Origin: Eledone cirrhosa
Lineage: Eukaryota
Assembly (NCBI GenBank): GCA_964016885.1
Contig: CAXHJY010000790.1
Span: forward strand, 1-64,000
Direction: 5' to 3'
Length of the DNA stretch: 64,000 bases
Positions 1 to 15,235 of this stretch are shown here, piece after piece (position 1 is the first letter of the stretch; each line of letters begins with the position of its first letter). A model generated the notes under the pieces. It was not told the origin of the DNA, searched no databases, and saw nothing but the letters and a program-made list of their open reading frames with translations. Both the position numbers and the translations under genes were made by a program.

Positions 1-6
1 TGTGTG

Positions 7-51
<45 letters not shown>

Positions 52-220
52 ACACTTAAGTGTGAAATACGTATTAATGGTGTGAAATCATTACCATAAT
101 TGTTTATATTGTCCAGCTCTCTCTCTCTCTCTCTCTCTAGTAATGGTGGCACTAATGCTGATGGCAGTACAAACACCTACATATATATATGTATATATGG
201 ATATATATATGCATATATAT

Positions 221-269
<49 letters not shown>

Positions 270-283
270 CAGACAGACATACA

Positions 284-328
<45 letters not shown>

Positions 329-508
329 TTATATATATATTTAAATATATATAAGATATATATATATATATATATATACATATACACACACATATACATA
401 TACACACGCATATATATTTATATATATATACATATACACACACATATACATATACACACGCATATATATATATATATACATATACACACACATATACATA
501 TACACACG

Positions 509-539
<31 letters not shown>

Positions 540-769
540 GAATGGTCATAGACACTAAATACTTCACACTAATATTAATTAAAATGTATGTGTCGCTCTC
601 TTAATACACAGAACGGAACACTCAGCCACCTTTTCACTATTCAGGAGCGGCCATTGTGTTTATGTAGCGACAGTAAACTTTTAGACGTCAATGCTATTTG
701 CCGTTGGTTCGACTCCCAGGGGTTCTTGCACTTGGAAAAACCAATAGTTTTAGCTTTTGTTTGCCTTCG

Positions 770-827
<58 letters not shown>

Positions 828-1711
828 ATTTATATATTTGTTGGTTTATGTTGTTGCTTTTCGTTCCACCATTTTATCCCTATCTCTCTCGTTCACTTTC
901 AGATGCTCTCTCTCTCTCTCTTTCTCTACTTCCATTACCATTGAATCCTGTGTCGATATATCTAGCGATGTATCTGTGTGGGTGTATATATATATGTGTG
1001 TGTGTGTGTGTCTGTACATGTATATATATTTACATACATATATCAACGCAAATATATAAATATCTAGTGATATATATATGTGTGTGTGTATGTGTGTGTC
1101 TCTGTGTGTGTCTTTGTGTGTGTGTGTGTGTCTTTCACACTTTGGCAGTTTTACACTCGTTTAATTCTTTCACACATTATTTCTATCACCCTATCTCCCC
1201 CTTCCCTCCCTCCCTCTCCCTCTCTCTCAACCTCTCTCTCCCCGCCTTCTCTCTCACCCTTTCTCTCTCCCCCTCTCCCCCTCCCTCTCTCCCCCCTCCC
1301 ACTCCCCCATCTCTCTCTCCCCTTTGTTTGTTTTACTCCTATTCAATCCCATATCGAAATCCTCTGCGCCATTACTATATATATATATACTTTATAAAAC
1401 CTGTTAGTTCTAAACAATTGTATGTTTGTCCATTACAGGGCAACCGATTTGTTATGCAGTTACCTTATTTCTTTACACAGAATGTTCCACAAGGAGCAAA
1501 ATATATTATTATATATTATTATATATATGTGTGAGTGGTTGTGTGTGTGTGTGTGTATGTCTGTTTATGTGTGTGTCTGGTCACACAATAGCCCATGACC
1601 CTCTCTATCCAAGTTATATTAAATTTGACCCCATCATACAAAATGCACTTCTGCCTTTTATTCTCTTCTATATTTTACATTACATTATATTATATCGTTA
1701 TATTTAGTTTA

Positions 1712-3525
<1,814 letters not shown>

Positions 3526-3810
3526 CATTATGTGTGTATATATTTATATATCTGTTTGAATCTTCCCTCTTCCTACATTATTCCTGTTCTAAACCGTTCA
3601 AAATCCGATAATGTAGAAACTTTCTCTTCCTGTTGAGAAAATAATTTTCAATGTGTTTCCGACATTACTGAATGTGACCCCAATATGTAAATATATGTAA
3701 ATATGTTGACCTTTCAACGATTCCCTCCACACGCTTTTATTTATTTTTGTTTCATTCCAATCCCCCAGATCCCTTTAGGTTTTTATTTCAAAACTATTAC
3801 CATTGTTATC

Positions 3811-3846
<36 letters not shown>

Positions 3847-3851
3847 CTGAG

Positions 3852-4075
3852 GGCGTTCGATTGGCAGTATCGGTAGAGTTCGGATGCCATGCTTTGCAGC
3901 ATAGAGTTACAGCCCTTTATGATCTGAGTTCAAATCCCGCCGAGGTTAGCTTTGCCTTTCATCCTTACGGGGTCGATAAAATAAAGTACCAGTCACACAC
4001 TGGGGTCTATTTAATCAATCCCCCCCCCTCGTAAAAAAAAAATTACTGGCCTTGTGCCTACACTAGAAATCATTA
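3852..4075 (+). mobile_element. tRNA-derived SINE (family A)
   Basis: A box tggcagtatcgg, B box gagttcaaatcc, core gcctttcatccttacggggtcgataaaataaagtaccag. Other copies near 4093, 7440, 40500 (minus), 51980 and 59490. Confidence 0.8.
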
Positions 4076-4197
4076 TTGTTGTTGTTGTTGTATTGGCACC
4101 ATCGGTAGAACACTGACATAGTGTTAAGGTCGTGTGTTCAAATCTCGGAGAGGTTAGCTCTGCCTTGCGACGAAATAAAGGACTAGTAACTTATTCA

Positions 4198-4244
<47 letters not shown>

Positions 4245-4387
4245 CCAATCGTAGTACTAATGGTGATGATCATATTTGTAGCGCTCTATTTGTTAAACCC
4301 AGTTTATGGCGACCTTGTAATTCTATTCATCCAACACATGAATAGAATGACAAGGCCCCTCTGTGTTATATGAGAGAGAAGGAGGAT

Positions 4388-4429
<42 letters not shown>

Positions 4430-4430
<1 letters not shown>

Positions 4431-4755
4431 TTCTTTATTAGCCACAAGGGCGCAACAAGAAAAGGGGACAATACAAAGACATGCCGGGGATTTTACATAC
4501 AGTCGTGTAAAAAATATAAAAACAAACAATTTCAACAATCGAAATCCCCAATAGTGGGGAGGCGCCACAAATGGGTTGTTTAATACCCCGTTGATAGAAC
4601 AACCCTCAACTCCAGGAGCGTGTTGTGCAAGTGCTCCTTTCTTCCTTTTGCTCTCTTCCTCAACCTACAGGCTTATAAACAGAGAAGGCCCAATCACTCG
4701 GGCCATTTTCGCTTCATTCACCCACCTTTCAGTAAATTTACTGGGTAGATAGATT

Positions 4756-4787
<32 letters not shown>

Positions 4788-4930
4788 TGTTTCTTTATTT
4801 GCCACAAGGGCGTACGAGAAATGGGGCATAACAAGACGTGACGGCGAGGGTTTTACATAAAAATCATATAACATTAATAAATAACAATAAACTATATATG
4901 AAATAAAATAACAATCGAAATCCACAATAG
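4430..4930 (-). mobile_element. Two further 3' fragments of the L1/Tx1-like family, separated by (GATA)n
   Basis: 4430-4745 and 4789-4930 share ttctttatt.gccaca.ggg ends. The 4665-4745 translation PSKFTERWVNEAKMARVIGPSLFISL matches the ORF end. Confidence 0.85.
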
Positions 4931-4939
4931 ATAGATATA

Positions 4940-5745
4940 TTTCTTTATTAGCCACAGGGGCACAAAAGAAGGGGACAAATACAAAGGGGGAAGTTTACAT
5001 ACAATAAAAACGTGTAAAATGTTATCACAAATGCAATTTAAAAAATTAGTCGATTTTCCCCAATAGGGGGAGACAGTTCATATGGGTAACACATACCCCC
5101 GAAAAAATGTGCAACCCTCATCTCCAGGAGTACAAAGAGTTTGTACTCCTTTCCTCTCCTCCTCCTTTTCCTCAACCTACAGGCTGATATAGAGAGAAGG
5201 CCCATTCACTGGGGCCATTCTCGCCACTTTCACCCACCTTTCATAAAACTTGCTGGGGTACAGCACCTCTCTCTCCATCCTGATTCTTCTTCCAAAGTGG
5301 TATTTGAAAAAAAGAATCAGTTGTTGGCCGGAGAGAAAGGTGTCTGACCTCAGCCCTTTCAACCTTGTCCACCATACAACCTCTTTCGCCATAGCTATCA
5401 CACAAAGGAAAACCGCCTCTCCTTCGTTTTTGAAGGAGGGTGGCGGTTTGATCATGACAATGGACTCGGTGGTCAACTGGATTGGTCCCACCCGCGACAA
5501 TAGTCGTTCTACATAGCCCCACAGGTCAGTGACGCCCGGGCAGTGTATGAATGTGTGCGCGACGGTTTCTTCGTCTCGCACGCACCTCGGACAGATCTTT
5601 TTTGCAGGGTCCCTGCCCGGGCGCCCATGTCTGTAGAGCTTGTCTCGAACTGGTAGAGCTCCTCGGTAGCACTGCCAGGCCAGGGACTTTTGGAAGTTGT
5701 CCATCGGTCCCGGGCGGAAGGTCCTACCGAACACACTGGCCAGTT
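4940..5745 (-). mobile_element. 5'-truncated L1/Tx1-like LINE (zf-RVT C-terminus plus 3' UTR)
   Basis: ORF 5177-5734 contains ALPVRDKL...CPRC-x8-H-x4-C...W. The 3' end reads aataaagaaa into TATC repeats. Confidence 0.85.
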
Positions 5746-5979
5746 CATCTTCCTCTACGCAATAGATAGATAGGGCGATGGATAGATAGATAGCGACTGA
5801 AAGAGTGAGGGGGTAGAGAGAGATACAGAGAGTGAGCGGGTAGAGAGAGAGACAGAGAGTGAGGGGCTAGAGAGTGATACAGAGAGTGAGGGGGTAGAGA
5901 GTGATACAGAGAGTGAGGGGGTAGAGACACGGGGGTAGAATTTGAACAAAAATGGCCACTTTAAACGCTTATGGACGGA

Positions 5980-6001
5980 CACACACACACACACACACAC
6001 C

Positions 6002-6032
<31 letters not shown>

Positions 6033-6174
6033 CAACACACACACTCACGCGCACAAACGCATGCGCAGGCACATTCATATATGCATATGTATATGTACAA
6101 TCACGTACACCGTAATACACGCACACATACAGACACACACACACATATATATATATACACACATAAACACACAG

Positions 6175-6205
<31 letters not shown>

Positions 6206-6270
6206 ACCACACACACAGACACACGCACACACATATATATATACACATAACCACAAACACATAACCACAA

Positions 6271-6303
<33 letters not shown>

Positions 6304-6318
6304 CACACATAACCACAA

Positions 6319-6357
<39 letters not shown>

Positions 6358-6372
6358 CACACATAACCACAA

Positions 6373-6425
<53 letters not shown>

Positions 6426-6432
6426 ACCACAA

Positions 6433-6479
<47 letters not shown>

Positions 6480-6486
6480 ATCACAA

Positions 6487-6537
<51 letters not shown>

Positions 6538-6538
6538 A

Positions 6539-6615
<77 letters not shown>

Positions 6616-6622
6616 ACCACAA

Positions 6623-6657
<35 letters not shown>

Positions 6658-6840
6658 CACACATAACCACAAACACACACACATATATATATATATACAC
6701 ACATAACCACAAACACACACACACACACATATATATTATGCCGTCACCCATTACATAGGTGTCGCTGTGAATCACAAGTTTGATCGTTCATGTCAGTATT
6801 AAATAACGCCTCGAATTAACAGCATATACACACATATGTA

Positions 6841-6884
<44 letters not shown>

Positions 6885-7028
6885 CATACAATATATATAC
6901 ATACATATATATACAGACACACACACACATATGCACACACACATATATATATATATACATTAATATATATATATATTTATACACACACAAATACATACAC
7001 ACACACACACATATATACACAAATACAT

Positions 7029-7088
<60 letters not shown>

Positions 7089-7140
7089 ATATATATACAC
7101 GCACATAAATACCCACACAAATGTATATATGTATATATGC
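5980..7140. repeat. (CA)n/(TA)n compound minisatellite with ataaccacaaac motif
   Basis: Direct reading. Confidence 0.9.
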
Positions 7141-7439
7141 ATGCATACATGCATATATACATACATTTCCACCCGTACATTCGTGCACACATAAACACAC
7201 ACTTATATATATATATACACGTACATATGCATACATATACACACATACATATACAACTAAACTTACATACACATACTCAAATATATACATACACACACCT
7301 ACAGATATATATAGACAAAAACAGAAACACCGTCACACACAGACGCACATAATATACAGAGAAATACACACACACACACATCTCAACGCATGTGTGTGTG
7401 TTTACATATATATATGTGTACGTATATGTGTGTGTATAA

Positions 7440-7572
7440 GCAGTGACTTGGCAGTGTCGTTAGAAAGTTAGAGATAATCTATTGTATTATATCTCTGATC
7501 TCTCAGTTCAAATCCTGTCGACATCGGATATCCCTTTCAGCCCGTTTGCGGTCGATAAATAAAGTACTAGTC
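7440..7572 (+). mobile_element. SINE family A, degenerate copy
   Basis: tggcagtgtcgttag ... agttcaaatcc ... ggtcgataaataaagtactag. Confidence 0.65.
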
Positions 7573-7689
7573 TCGTTCTCGTGTCAACTCTTCCTCTATA
7601 TCATTTTTTTCACACACACCCTCTCTCTCCCCACTTCTCTCTCTCTCTGTCATTCAGTCTCTTTGTCTCAATCTTGTCTCTTTGACCCC

Positions 7690-8285
7690 CTCTCGCTCTC
7701 TCCCTCGCTCCCTCCCTCGCTCTCTCCCTCGCTCTCTCCCTCGCTCTCTCCCTCGCTCTCCCCCTCGCTCTCCCCCTCGCTCTCCCCCTCGCTCTCCCCC
7801 TCGCTCTCCCCCTCGCTCTCTCCTTCGCTCTCGCTCTCTCCTTCGCTCTCGCTCTCTCCTTCGCTCTCTCTCTCTCGCTCTCTCCTTCGCTCTCTCCCTC
7901 GCTCTCACCCTCGTTCTCTCCCTCGCTCTCTCCTTTGCTCTCTCCTTCGCTCTCTCCCTCGCTCTCTCCCTCGCTCTCTCCCTCGCTCTCTCCTTCGCTC
8001 TCTCCTTCGCTCTCTCCCTCGCTCTCTCCCTCGCTCTCTCCCTCGCTCTCTCCCTCGCGCTCTCCCTCGCGCTCTCCCTCGCGCTCTCCTTTGCGCTCTC
8101 CCTCGCTCTCTCCCTCGCTCTCTCCCTCGCTCTCTCCTTCGCTCTCTCCCTCGCTCTCACCCTCGCTCTCTCCCTCGCTCTCTCCCTCGCTCTCTTCTTC
8201 GCTCTCTCCCTCGCTCTCTTCTTCGCTCTCTCCTTCGCTCTCTCCCTCGATCTCTCCTTCGCTCTCTCCTTCGCTCTCGCTCTCT
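7690..8285. repeat. 12-bp minisatellite (ctctctccctcg)n
   Basis: Direct reading. Confidence 0.95.
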
Positions 8286-8524
8286 TTCTCGCCATCTTTC
8301 TCGCTCTCTTTCTCTCTATCTTTCTTTCATTCAGTCACGTGAAGGAGAGATTGAGAGGGAGAGAAAGGGAGTGAAGCAGAGAGAAAAAATGTCTCTTTTT
8401 CTCTCTCCCCTTTTCTCTCTTTCTCTTTTGCAATCTCTATCTCAGTCTCTCTTTCACTCTCTCTCTCTCCCTCTCTATCTTTCCTTCATTCCCTCTCATA
8501 GATAGATAGATAGTTTTCTGTGTG

Positions 8525-8565
<41 letters not shown>

Positions 8566-8689
8566 AATAAGAGGTATATATATACTGAAGCAATGAAACA
8601 CATATAAAGAGAGAAAGAGTGAGAATTTGAGTGAGTGAGAAACAAAGAAAGCGAGTGTCAAAGAAAGAAGGGAGTAGTGAGAGAGAGAG

Positions 8690-8738
<49 letters not shown>

Positions 8739-9289
8739 TTTATGTGTCTTTGAGAGAAAGACTGAGCGGAGGATAGTGAGAGGGAGAGAACGATTGAGAG
8801 GGGAGATAGAGACAGTGAGGGAGAGAACCAGAGATACGAAGATAGTGGTAGTTACGTATATGTGTTAGAGACTGAGCGGGAGAGAGAGTGAAAGGGAGAG
8901 AGAGACAGTGAGTGAGGGGAGGGGAGAAAGAGAGAGAGAGACATTGAGTGAGGGGGAAAGAAAGAGAGAGAGAGAGAGAGAGACCGTGAATGAGGAGCAG
9001 AGAAAGAAAGGGAGAGAGGGAGTGAGTGAGAGGGAGAGACTGAGAGACAGTGAGTGAGGGGAAGAGAAAGAAAGAGAGAGATGCAGTGGGGGAGAGAGAG
9101 AACAGTTAAGGAAGACATTGAATGGAAAGCCTCCATGTCAGATTTGTTGTTTTCAATTTGCTTACGTAACCGAATCAAGCAGCTGTCGACTTAGATTAGC
9201 TTCTGTAAGATTGCCTTCTGACCACAAAACTACACCACACCACACTAGACCGTAGTGTATGACTCCTGTCATACCACCACTACCATCGA

Positions 9290-10452
9290 TAGAACCACCA
9301 ATCGCAATCACCACCGTAAACACAATCACCACCATCATAATCACCACCGTAAACACAATCACCACCATCATAATCATCACAACTATAAACACAATCACCA
9401 CCATCTCCACCGTAAAGACAATCACCATCTCCACCGTAAAGACAATCGCCAACATCACCACCGTAAACACAATCATCATCATCACAACTATAAACATAAT
9501 CACCACCATCATCACCGTAAACACAATCACCATCACCACCGTAAACACAATCACCATCACCACCGCAAACACAATCACCATCACCACAGTAACACAATAA
9601 CCGGCATCAAAATCACCACCGTAAACACAATCACCTCTATCGCCATCATCATCACAAAAATCACCAACACCACCATTATCATCGCCATCAACACCATCAT
9701 TAGAACTATAACCACCAATCATCCCTACCGTGAACCCAATCGTCGCCATCACCACCCCACCACTGTCACCACTATAAAGACAATCACCACCATCGCCATC
9801 ACTACAGTAAACCCGATCACCACCATCACCAGCCCTACCGTTATACCGTTGCTATCATCACCGTAAAGACAACCACCACCACCACCATCATCACCATCCC
9901 TAACACCAACACCATCACTATCATCACCATCACAACCATCACTACCGTAAACACCACCACCACCACCATCATCATCCCTAACACCAACACCATCACTACC
10001 ATCACTACTGTAACACCACCACCATCATCACCATCCCTAACACCAACACCATGACTACCATCAACCATCACAACAATCACTACCATCACTACCGTAAACA
10101 CCACCACCATCATCATCCCTAACACCAACACCATCACTACCATCACTACTGTAACACCGCCACCACCATCATCACCATCCCTAACACCAACACCATCACT
10201 ATCATCACCATCACAACAATCACTACCGTAAACACCACCACCACCATCATCACATCTATCGCCACCAACACCATCACTATCATCGCCATCACAACAATCA
10301 CTACCATCACTACCGTAAACACCACCACCACCACCATCATCACATCTATCGCCACCAACACCATCACTATCATCACCATCACAACAATCACTACCATCAC
10401 TACCGTAAACACCACCACCACCATCATCATCACATCTATCGCCACCAACACC
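9290..10452. repeat. CAC/CAT-rich minisatellite with ccgtaaacac motif
   Basis: Direct reading. Confidence 0.9.
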
Positions 10453-10609
10453 TCTATATCTATTTCTTACTTCCATTCTCTCGCCCTTTCTATCCTTCTC
10501 TGAAAGAATTCAACTTTGTGTTCAGACCAAGAGAGTAGATAGACTCCTCCAGAGTTAAACATTATGCTAGAGACAGCGTGTGTTAATATGGCCTTCCTAG
10601 GAGTTACAC

Positions 10610-10653
<44 letters not shown>

Positions 10654-10789
10654 CAGTAGAACACTGGAAGGTAATATCCGTAGTGGTAGAGCACTCAGTC
10701 CATGGGACGAGTTAGGTGGAAGAGGTTACACAACAGTTAGTTCACCATACAGAAAACAATTGTTTCACCTTAGCGGATCCTCAGCATTA

Positions 10790-10827
10790 CGAGCTGAGGA
10801 TCCGCTAAGGTGAAACAATTGTTCTCG
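10790..10827 (+). ncRNA. Minimal type I hammerhead ribozyme candidate
   Basis: cgag CTGAGGA t cc gctaa gg t GAAA caattg TT ctcg. Stem II is only 2 bp. Lies at the centre of the 10724-10854 hairpin. Confidence 0.55.
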
Positions 10828-10855
10828 GTATGGTGAACTAACTGTTGTGTAACCA

Positions 10856-10903
<48 letters not shown>

Positions 10904-11163
10904 TAACATATTAAAGTTTCATGAATATAAGTCAATAGAGTGCTCAACCGAGGGAGCCAAATAGTAATAATAATAAAATTGAAGACTAAAATCCAAAGAG
11001 AGCTCGATCAGGATCCTCGGTTGAGCACTCTATTGACTTATATTCATCAAACTTTAATCTGTTATTTTAATAAATATTTGCTCTACGGTTCTTATATATT
11101 TGATATATATTTATCCTTATCGAGCCCTCTTTGGATTTTAGTCTTCAAATTTATTATTATTAC

Positions 11164-11197
<34 letters not shown>

Positions 11198-11239
11198 CAA
11201 TATTAAATAAATGGAAAACTATATTTATAAAACCATATC

Positions 11240-11305
11240 TATTTCATTATATATATTTCGGGGATATCATATTAACAATATGCTATGCCTTCATCAGACA
11301 AAATA
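11240..11305 (-). ncRNA. Type I hammerhead ribozyme (mirror copy)
   Basis: Exact reverse complement of 11460-11525 within a near-perfect palindrome. Confidence 0.7.
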
Positions 11306-11459
11306 CAATATAAACAGTTTTATAGATAAATATATTCGACATACCGTAATAAACATCAACTTCATTTGAAGAGGTTTATGCTAGCGTAAACCTCTTCAAA
11401 TGAAGTTGATGTTTATTACGGTATGTCGAATATATTTATCTATAAAACTGTTTATATTG

Positions 11460-11525
11460 TATTTTGTCTGATGAAGGCATAGCATATTGTTAATATGATA
11501 TCCCCGAAATATATATAATGAAATA
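11460..11525 (+). ncRNA. Type I hammerhead ribozyme
   Basis: tattttgt CTGATGA aggcatagcatatt gtt aatatgatatcccc GAAA tatata TA atgaaata. Stem I 8 bp with GU pairs; stem II imperfect. Confidence 0.7.
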
Positions 11526-11653
11526 GATATGGTTTTATAAATATAGTTTTCCATTTATTTAATATTGTAAATATACTCCAAATATTTGTCGAGTGCTTTT
11601 ATATCAGTTATAAATATTTACTAGTTGTAACCCAACAATTTTAAATATAACTT

Positions 11654-11684
<31 letters not shown>

Positions 11685-12105
11685 ATTAGTTTTGCGAAGT
11701 TTTTGATATGAAATCGTGTGTCGAAACAAATATTGTTATACTTGGGGAGGGTCATATTTGTGTAATAATATTGCCAGAATTAATAACAGAACACACTCAC
11801 TGTTTGGTTGGTTTTCGCTTCTGTGTCTTTTATATCGGTTAATTTAATTTATTCGGTCCTCAATGTTTACCATTGACTGACCAACGGTCAAAAATACTAT
11901 TATATATATATAATAGTAATAAATGGAACATATATCCCCATAGCATCATATTTATTTTATTACAATATATTTCAAGGATACTCATTGTTTTTATATATAT
12001 ATTTATTTATTTATTTATTCCCCTTCTTTCCCCCTCTCTCTCTCTAACTCTCTCACTCACTCTCTCTCTCTGAGTGTATGTAAATGTCTATGCTCTCTCT
12101 CTGTG

Positions 12106-12136
<31 letters not shown>

Positions 12137-12679
12137 GTGTGTATGTGTGTGTGTATGTGTGTCTCTATATATATGTGTGTGTGTGTGTATGTGAATCTCT
12201 GCTGACCCTGATTCATATGTCCATTCTCTAAGAGTATGTATGTATGTATGTATGTATGTATGTATGTATGTATGTATGTATGTATGTATGTATGTATGTA
12301 TGTTTATATGCGTGCTCTCTCTGAATCTATCTGTCTATATGTGTGTGCGTGTGTGTGTGTGTGCTCTCTCTGAGTATATCGGTGTATGTCCATACGTGTA
12401 TGTCCATACGTGTGTATGTGTGTCTGTGTGTGTGACTTAAAGATTTAATTAGACTAACTAGACGGAGTGTAAATGAAAAGTGTGTGACTAAACCGATGAA
12501 ACACTAAGCTTGCCTCTTAATGAACAAATGACAGGTCTAATTAAATACTTAGTTAATTATCACAGTTTGACCGTCTCTTTGCTTTACAATCTCAGTGGTG
12601 CTTCATTCCACTATAAACTATGGTCAACTGAACACAGTCAAACACATACATATATATACATATATATACATACAGTCAT

Positions 12680-12725
<46 letters not shown>

Positions 12726-12897
12726 TCATAGACATACACATATATATATATATATATATATACACAGTCACGCACATATATATATATATATACATATATA
12801 TATACATACATATATATATATACAGTCATAGACATACACACATATATATATATATATAAATATACACACAGTCACGCATATATATATATATATATAT

Positions 12898-12937
<40 letters not shown>

Positions 12938-13537
12938 TACATACAGAGACGCAGATATATATATATATACATATATAGATATATATATATACTGTCTGTA
13001 TATACAGAGACACAGATATATATATATACACATATATAGATATATATATATACTGTCTGTATATACAGAGACACAGATATATATATATACAATCACTCAC
13101 AAATATCCTGCCTTTCACATTCCCTCTCTCTCTCTCGCCATCTGTCTCTCTCTCTCTCCCTCTCTCTCTCTCTCTCTTATTCTCTCCATTTCACACTATC
13201 TCTCTCTCACCGTCTCTCTTTCCTTTTCTCTCTCTTTCTCTGTCTCACCGTCTCTCTTCCTTTCACACGCTCTCCCTCACCGTCTCTCTTTCCTTCACCC
13301 TCCCCATCTCTCTCTCTGTCTCCATCCCTCCCTCACTCCCCCCTCTCTCTCACCCTCCCTCTATCCATCACCCTCCCTCTGTCTACTTCTTCACATGGTT
13401 GACATCACGAAGGATTCGTCGCGCTTCCCTGGCCGTAATAGAGGTCCTAGGTGGGGTGGGGCAGGGCTGACTGGACACTGGTCACCATTGGTCACCGTTG
13501 GTCACCAGTGAAGATGTTGTGCAACAGCGGAAGGACA

Positions 13538-14020
13538 TTGGTGGTGGTGGAGGTAGTGGTTGTGGTCATTGTGGTGGTGGTGGTGGTGGTATTGGTCATT
13601 GTAGTGGTAGTGGTGGTGGCGTTGGTGGTATTGGTCATTGTGGTGGTGGTGGTATTGGTCATTGTGGTGGTGGTGGTGGTGGTGGTATTGGTCATTGTGG
13701 TGGTGGTGGTGGTATTGGTCATTGTGGTGGTGGTGGTGGTGGTATTGGTCATTGTAGTGGTGGTGACGGTGGTGGTATTGGTCATTGTGGTGGTGGTGGT
13801 GGTGGTATTGGTCATTGTAGTGGTAGTGGTGGTGGCGATGATGGTATTGGTCATAGTAGTGGTGGTGGTGGTGGTATTGGTGATTGTGGTGGTGGTGGTG
13901 GTGATTGTGGTGGTGGTGGTATTGGTGATTGTGGTGGTGGTGGTGGTGGTGTTGGTGTTAGTTTTGATAGTATTAGTCATGTTGATGGTGTTAGTAGTAG
14001 TGGTGTTAGTAGTAGTGGTG
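13538..14020. repeat. (GGT)n-attggtcatt minisatellite
   Basis: Direct reading. Confidence 0.9.
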
Positions 14021-14046
14021 CGTCTATATACATATATATAGATATA

Positions 14047-14129
<83 letters not shown>

Positions 14130-14150
14130 ATAAATATTTATATATATATA

Positions 14151-15016
14151 CGAGGTATATCAGAAAAGTTCCAGGACTGATGTCACAAAAGATTTACCTT
14201 CACACTAAGAGTTTTCTCCTTCAAAGTAATCCCCCTGGAGTCTAATGCACTATTCCATCCTTTTCTGCCACGCTTACGTGCACTCCTGAAAGGATTCTTC
14301 CGGGATCCTCCGCAGTTCTGTCATCACGGCCTTTTTGATGTCGTCCACGTCTTCAAAACGAGTCCTTTCCGGGTCGTACTCAAAGATCCATGACTCATCA
14401 CCGGTGATGACTGTCCCTAGCAAGTCTGGTTCGGTTTCAAGACGCTCGAGGATGTCCTGGCACACTTGCATGCGTCGACCCGTCTGGTCATCGTTCAGCA
14501 GTTTTGGCACCATCTTCGCGCAGACTTTCCGCATATCCAAATCTTCAGTGAGAATCTTCAAGACGCTGTCCCGATTCATGCCCAGCTCATTTGCCATCAG
14601 TCGAACAGTCAGCCGACGATCGCTACGCACCATCTGCCTGACGCGCTCAACGTTGACCTCAGTCCTGGTTGTTGGGGGCTCTTGGAGTCATCTTCAACGT
14701 CCTCGCGTCCTTCTTTAAAACTCTTGCACCACTCAAAAACACTTGAGCTTGACATCGTCTCATCTCTGACGGAGTTTTTCCCAAGCGTACCAGAAACTTC
14801 AAGTCTGTTCGTTGCTCTGTACTGTTTGCTTGACGACCTGAAACAGAGGACATGTATATAGAATTATGAAGAAAAAAGTTTGATAGCTGCAGAGAGTTAA
14901 GATTACAGTTACATACTCCAGGGGGATTACTTTGAAGGAGAAAACTCTTAGTGTGAAGTTGGGTTTGAAATAAATCTTTTGTGACATCAGCCCTGGAACT
15001 TTTCTGACACACCTCG
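14151..15016 (-). mobile_element. Internally deleted mariner (Tc1/mariner) transposon
   Basis: About 90-100 bp inverted ends starting cgaggt.t.tcagaaaagttccagg, with TA on both sides. Transposase remnant has DRRLTVR, KVCAKMVPKLL and ITGDESWIFEYDPE fused directly to the C-terminal RFEDVDDIKKAV. Confidence 0.92.
14274..14830 (-). pseudogene. Mariner transposase remnant
   Basis: Frameshifted N-terminus (EQRTDLKFLVRLGKTPSE), HTH region and first catalytic Asp present; the rest of DD34D is deleted. Confidence 0.9.
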
Positions 15017-15070
15017 TATATATATATTAATTCAAAATATTAACAAAATAGATATTCTTGTGATCAATTA

Positions 15071-15137
15071 TATTTTATTATACATATTTCAGAGGTACTG
15101 AGTTAAGTTCAACAGTACGTCCTCATCAGATACAATA
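15071..15137 (-). ncRNA. Type I hammerhead ribozyme
   Basis: Sense: tattgtat CTGATGA ggacgtactg...cagtacctct GAAA tatgta TA ataaaata. Same family as 28051-28105. Confidence 0.7.
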
Positions 15138-15201
15138 TTAATACCTTAAATATATATATATATATATATATAAACGTAGGCCTACACACATAGACACATA
15201 T

Positions 15202-15229
<28 letters not shown>

Positions 15230-15235
<6 letters not shown>

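Larger units (their letters stand above)
11196..11657. mobile_element. Short non-coding HHR element in (TA)n, fold-back form
   Basis: Palindrome 11196-11569 plus tail. Homologous to 41275-41512 and 52900-53050, which share gtatgtc.aatat.t.....ataaaact, the HHR, and ataaatatagttt.ccattt. Confidence 0.75.

Noticed and set aside
7546-8505. RS/SP-rich ORFs
   Set aside because: Product of a 12-bp minisatellite.
13498-14133. Gly/His/Cys-rich ORF resembling a structural protein
   Set aside because: (GGT)n minisatellite that is open in several frames on both strands and runs into (TA)n; no signal peptide or splice support.
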